Assembly (NCBI GenBank): GCA_017515105.1
Contig: JAFWHO010000001.1
Location: 202,903-266,902 of the forward strand
Length of the DNA stretch: 64,000 bases
Reading direction: 5' to 3'
From: Candidatus Saccharimonadota bacterium
GTDB lineage: Bacteria; Patescibacteriota; Saccharimonadia; Saccharimonadales; Saccharimonadaceae
A program made the position numbers and the translations under genes. The notes under the pieces are model-generated. The model was given only the letters and a program-made list of their open reading frames with translations. It was not told where the DNA came from and did not search any database. Below, piece after piece: positions 60,843-64,000 of this stretch (position 1 is the stretch's first letter; each line of letters starts with the position of its first letter).

Positions 60843-63068
60843 ATGGCAAGAAGCAAAAGAAAAACCACAAAAAAGAGCACCGCTAGATCCTCTAGAGCCC
60901 CTAAAGCCACGAGGCGCACCAAAGAAGCCCCAGTCGAACACGAGCTCCCCGGTGGTTTTTGGCGACAAACTATCGCCGTTCTCATGATTGCTCTTTCTCT
61001 CTTTTTCGTCATTACTTGGTTCGGCCACGGCGGCTCCGCCCTGAATGCTGTCCACGACACTATCACCAAGGGCATCGGCGTAGCAGCCTATTTCATCCCA
61101 GTCATCCTAGTCTATTTAGCGGTCAAAATTTTCCGCGCCGAGAACAACCGCGTCGCCGTTCCGGTTTATATAGCTTCAATCCTCATGATTCTATGGATCG
61201 CTGGCATCGGCGCCATTTGGCAAAACGGCGGCATCGTCGGCGGTTGGCTAAACGGCATCTTTACCCAGGCCCTCGACCAAGCCTTCGTCATTTGTATATA
61301 TATTTTACTCATTTTCATCACTCTCGCTTTCATTCTTCAAATCTCCCCCATCACTATGTTTAAAGGAACTAAAAATATGGTTAAGCCTGGCAAGAAATCG
61401 GCAAATGGCGACGAAGATGACGACAAAAAATCCAAAAAGCTCGGCCAGCTCGAAATCAAAGTCAACTCAGGTGTTGGCACCCAGGAAGCAGCCGCTACTC
61501 CCGCAAAAGGCGGCCGCCTTCTCCACAAAAACAATATCAACACCCCAGCGAAACCCGAGCCAGTTAAGGAAAAAGAACCCACTGCTCTCGTTGCGGTCAA
61601 CGACCCCGACTGGAAAATGCCTAGCGTTGAGTTATTGGAGAAGAAACAATCCCCAGCTGACGCAGGGAACATCCAGCAAAATGCCTACATCATCAAGACC
61701 ACCCTTGCCGAATTCGGCATCGAGGTCGAAATGGAAGGCGCCAACGTTGGCCCGCGCGTTACTCAGTACACCATGAAGCCGCCAGCCGGCGTCAACCTAT
61801 CAAAGATTCTAGCTCGCGACAAAGAGCTCGCTCTAAATCTCGCCGTCGACAAAATCCGTATCGAGGCTCCAATCCCTGGTACCCGTTCTGTTGGTGTTGA
61901 GATTCCGAATGCTCGCTCGGCCGAGGTGCGCCTTCGCGGCGTCCTCGATTCATCCGAATGGAAGAAGACCAGCGACCCATTAGCCTTTGCCGTCGGTAAG
62001 GACATTTCTGGCAAAGCCGTTGTTGCCAACCTCGCCAAAATGCCGCACCTCTTGATTGCCGGTACCACTGGTTCCGGTAAGTCTGTCATGACGAACACTT
62101 TGATCAGCTCACTCCTCTACCGCAACGCCCCTTCCGATATGAAGCTCATCATCGTTGACCCTAAGCAGGTCGAAATGGCCCAGTACCAGGATATTCCGCA
62201 CCTTCTCACTCCGATCATCACCCAAACCGAAAAAGCTCTCTCTGCCATGAAATGGGCTGTTGGCGAAATGGAGCGCCGCTATACTCTTATGGCTGAGGAA
62301 AAGGTTAAAAACATCGCCGACTACAATACCAAAATGGCCAAGAATGAAAACCCCGAAAAAGAAGGCAAAATGCCATACATTGTCATCATTATCGACGAGA
62401 TGGCCGACCTTATGATGATGGCAGGCAAGGACCTCGAAATGCTCATCGTCCGCATCGCCCAGAAGGGTCGTGCCGCCGGTATCCACCTTGTGCTAGCCAC
62501 CCAGCGTCCAGAGGTTAAAGTCATCACCGGTCTCATCAAAGCCAACATCCCAGGCCGCATTGCCTTCGCTGTTGGTTCCCAAATGGACTCTCGTATCATG
62601 CTTGACCAAGGCGGCGCCGAGAAGCTCCTCGGTAAAGGTGACATGCTTCTCCTCACTACAGAGATGATGGGCAAACCTCGCCGTATCCAGGGCGCTTGGG
62701 CCTCCGACGACGACATTAGCAAAGTCACGGACTTCCTCCGCAGCCAACGCCCACCAGAGTACAACGACGAAGTTATTTCTCAACAAGTTGCCATCAAGGG
62801 CATGGGTGGAGGCTCTGGCGACATGGATGGCCTAGGCCGTAAATTCGATCCAAATGATCCTATAGTCCGAAAAGCCGTTGAAATCTCTCTAAACAAAGGC
62901 AAATTCAGCACCGCTATGCTCCAAACCTACCTTGGCAAAGGCCACGGTTTCGTCTCTGGCCTCGCCATCTGGTTCGAAGATATCGGCGTCATTGGCCCGC
63001 AAAACGGCAACAAACCACGCGACGTTCTCATCTCTTCCATGGAAGAATTTGACGCGCTAGCTCAGTAA
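60843..63068 (+). CDS. ftsK: DNA translocase FtsK/SpoIIIE
   Basis: Start set at ATG 60843, 6 nt after TATAAT. N-terminal TM segments, a linker, LLIAGTTGSGKSV (Walker A), IIIDEMADL (Walker B), and a C-terminal gamma wHTH. Confidence 0.9.
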   Translation: MARSKRKTTKKSTARSSRAPKATRRTKEAPVEHELPGGFWRQTIAVLMIALSLFFVITWFGHGGSALNAVHDTITKGIGVAAYFIPVILVYLAVKIFRAENNRVAVPVYIASILMILWIAGIGAIWQNGGIVGGWLNGIFTQALDQAFVICIYILLIFITLAFILQISPITMFKGTKNMVKPGKKSANGDEDDDKKSKKLGQLEIKVNSGVGTQEAAATPAKGGRLLHKNNINTPAKPEPVKEKEPTALVAVNDPDWKMPSVELLEKKQSPADAGNIQQNAYIIKTTLAEFGIEVEMEGANVGPRVTQYTMKPPAGVNLSKILARDKELALNLAVDKIRIEAPIPGTRSVGVEIPNARSAEVRLRGVLDSSEWKKTSDPLAFAVGKDISGKAVVANLAKMPHLLIAGTTGSGKSVMTNTLISSLLYRNAPSDMKLIIVDPKQVEMAQYQDIPHLLTPIITQTEKALSAMKWAVGEMERRYTLMAEEKVKNIADYNTKMAKNENPEKEGKMPYIVIIIDEMADLMMMAGKDLEMLIVRIAQKGRAAGIHLVLATQRPEVKVITGLIKANIPGRIAFAVGSQMDSRIMLDQGGAEKLLGKGDMLLLTTEMMGKPRRIQGAWASDDDISKVTDFLRSQRPPEYNDEVISQQVAIKGMGGGSGDMDGLGRKFDPNDPIVRKAVEISLNKGKFSTAMLQTYLGKGHGFVSGLAIWFEDIGVIGPQNGNKPRDVLISSMEEFDALAQ

Positions 63069-63103
63069 CCACATTACCCCTTCCCAATCAGCTTAATCTG
63101 TGA

Positions 63104-63193
63104 TATAATTACCCCAATATTAGCTCAGCAGGTAGGTCAACCCGTCTTACGGTAAGACGAAGAACAGTATCTGCTTTAACCAAAGGAGTATTC
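63104..63193 (+). promoter_or_regulatory. promoter plus structured leader of rpsF (possible S6:S18 autoregulatory leader)
   Basis: TGATATAAT spans 63101-63109. Hairpin CGTCTTA-CGG-TAAGACG at 63143-63159 is enclosed by GCAG/CTGC pairing. Confidence 0.3.
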
Positions 63194-63550
63194 ATGAAAG
63201 ACTATGAACTCACAGTCTTGTTTCATCCCGACCTCGAGATGAACATAGACCCCGCCCTCGAGAAGGTCAAGAAGACCATCGAGACAGCTGGCGGCAAAAT
63301 CAACAAAACCGAAGAGGAAGGCAAGAAGCATCTTGCATATTCTATCGAAGGTCAAGATTTCGCTGTCTATTATTACTTCGACGTCGCTTTGCCAGCCGAA
63401 GCTCCAGCCAAAATTTCATCAGTTTTCAACATCACCGATGAAGTTTTACGCTATCTTCTAGTTCGCGTTGACGAACGCAAAGCAAAATTAGCAGCAAAGA
63501 AAGCTAAATCTGAGTCAGAAGAGGAAGATTCAGAAGAAAAAGGAGAATAA
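63194..63550 (+). CDS. rpsF: 30S ribosomal protein S6
   Basis: MKDYELTVLFHPDLE...KKHLAYSIEGQDFAVYYYF is typical S6, with an acidic tail. It is followed by ssb. Confidence 0.9.
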   Translation: MKDYELTVLFHPDLEMNIDPALEKVKKTIETAGGKINKTEEEGKKHLAYSIEGQDFAVYYYFDVALPAEAPAKISSVFNITDEVLRYLLVRVDERKAKLAAKKAKSESEEEDSEEKGE

Positions 63551-63556
63551 TTTATT

Positions 63557-64000
63557 ATGCGCGGTTTTAGTAAAGCAATCATCACAGGTAATCTCACTAG
63601 AGACCCAGAACTAAGAACTACCCCAAATGGTTCCACCGTTTGTGGTTTCTCGGTCGCAGTTAACAGAGTTTATCGCGACGCAAGTGGCGAGCAAAAAGAA
63701 GACGTTTCGTTCATCGACTGCTCAGCATGGGGTAAACTCGGAGAGATGATTGCACAATATGCCAAAAAGGGTTCGGGTGTTCTAGTGTCTGGTCGTCTCG
63801 ACCAACGCAGCTGGGAAGATAAGACCGATGGCAAAAAGCGTTCACGCGTTGAGATTGTCGTAGAAGATTTCAACTTCACTGGCGCAGCCAATAATCGTGA
63901 AGCGGGCAGCTCATTCCAGCCATCAGACGCCGACCAAGCGGCAAATGATATTCCGGATGACATTCCAGAAGGCGAAATCGACCTCAGTGATGTCCCGTTC
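63557..64000 (+). CDS. ssb: single-stranded DNA-binding protein (stop just beyond window)
   Basis: Manual translation gives MRGFSKAIITGNLTRDPELRTTPNGSTVCGFSVAVNR...SWEDKTDGKKRSRVEIVVEDF...DDIPEGEIDLSDVPF. It has an OB fold and an acidic tip ending in PF. Confidence 0.9.
   Translation, partial: MRGFSKAIITGNLTRDPELRTTPNGSTVCGFSVAVNRVYRDASGEQKEDVSFIDCSAWGKLGEMIAQYAKKGSGVLVSGRLDQRSWEDKTDGKKRSRVEIVVEDFNFTGAANNREAGSSFQPSDADQAANDIPDDIPEGEIDLSDVPF

Noticed and set aside
1-64000. Alternative genetic code (for example UGA reassignment, as in some candidate phyla).
   Set aside because: All conserved genes read full length with the standard code, and TGA, TAA and TAG all appear as plausible stops.

Overview
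This 64-kb window looks like a compact, AT-leaning bacterial chromosome with short intergenic regions and the standard genetic code. Gene content (LCP, FemAB, CotH, many small membrane-anchored secreted proteins, reduced Mur enzymes) suggests a reduced Gram-positive-type or Patescibacteria/Saccharibacteria-like organism; that taxon call is inference only.

**Core content**
- Surface-glycan cluster of fused glycosyltransferases plus a pyruvyl transferase (1-6191).
- Secreted wall-associated proteins and a CotH kinase (6188-9902).
- Replication-origin neighbourhood: rpmH-rnpA-yidC-jag on the minus strand, DnaA-box clusters on both sides of dnaA, then dnaA-dnaN-recF.
- Further core genes:
  - a TrmA-family rRNA methyltransferase
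  - a MacB-type ABC pair
  - murE
  - a GH13 enzyme
  - a PlsC-type acyltransferase
  - a PAP2 phosphatase
  - a HIT protein
  - valS
  - two FemAB genes around a DUF3137 gene
  - a P-type ATPase
  - tsaD
  - rlmH
  - ftsK
  - rpsF
  - ssb
- Four tRNAs: Ser-GGA, Ser-CGA, Arg-GCG and Gln-UUG.

**Accessory content**
- About 12 kb (28059-40227) ends at tRNA-Ser(CGA). It holds a RhuM-Doc fusion, a transglutaminase-like protein, a Fic gene bracketed by direct repeats, an iteron-rich region, a tyrosine recombinase, four unknown cargo genes and a large serine recombinase whose ORF reads through the tRNA.
- A second small accessory patch (47081-50575) has a pentapeptide-repeat protein, a protein with one sigma-region-4-like and two alpha-CTD-like segments, and a transposase remnant.

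**Most unusual observations**
1. GC-rich palindromic elements sit in-frame inside valS and tsaD and share core motifs. Each copy has its own perfect outer inverted arms, an architecture reminiscent of Rickettsia palindromic elements (RPEs). An intergenic element has the same architecture.
2. Arrays of degenerate tRNA 3'-end copies lie next to tRNA-Arg and tRNA-Gln.
3. TGCTATAAT-N6-ATG recurs, implying leaderless mRNAs for at least seven genes.
4. There are several candidate structured leaders and small RNAs.

All protein calls rest on motifs I recognised by eye. No database search was run.
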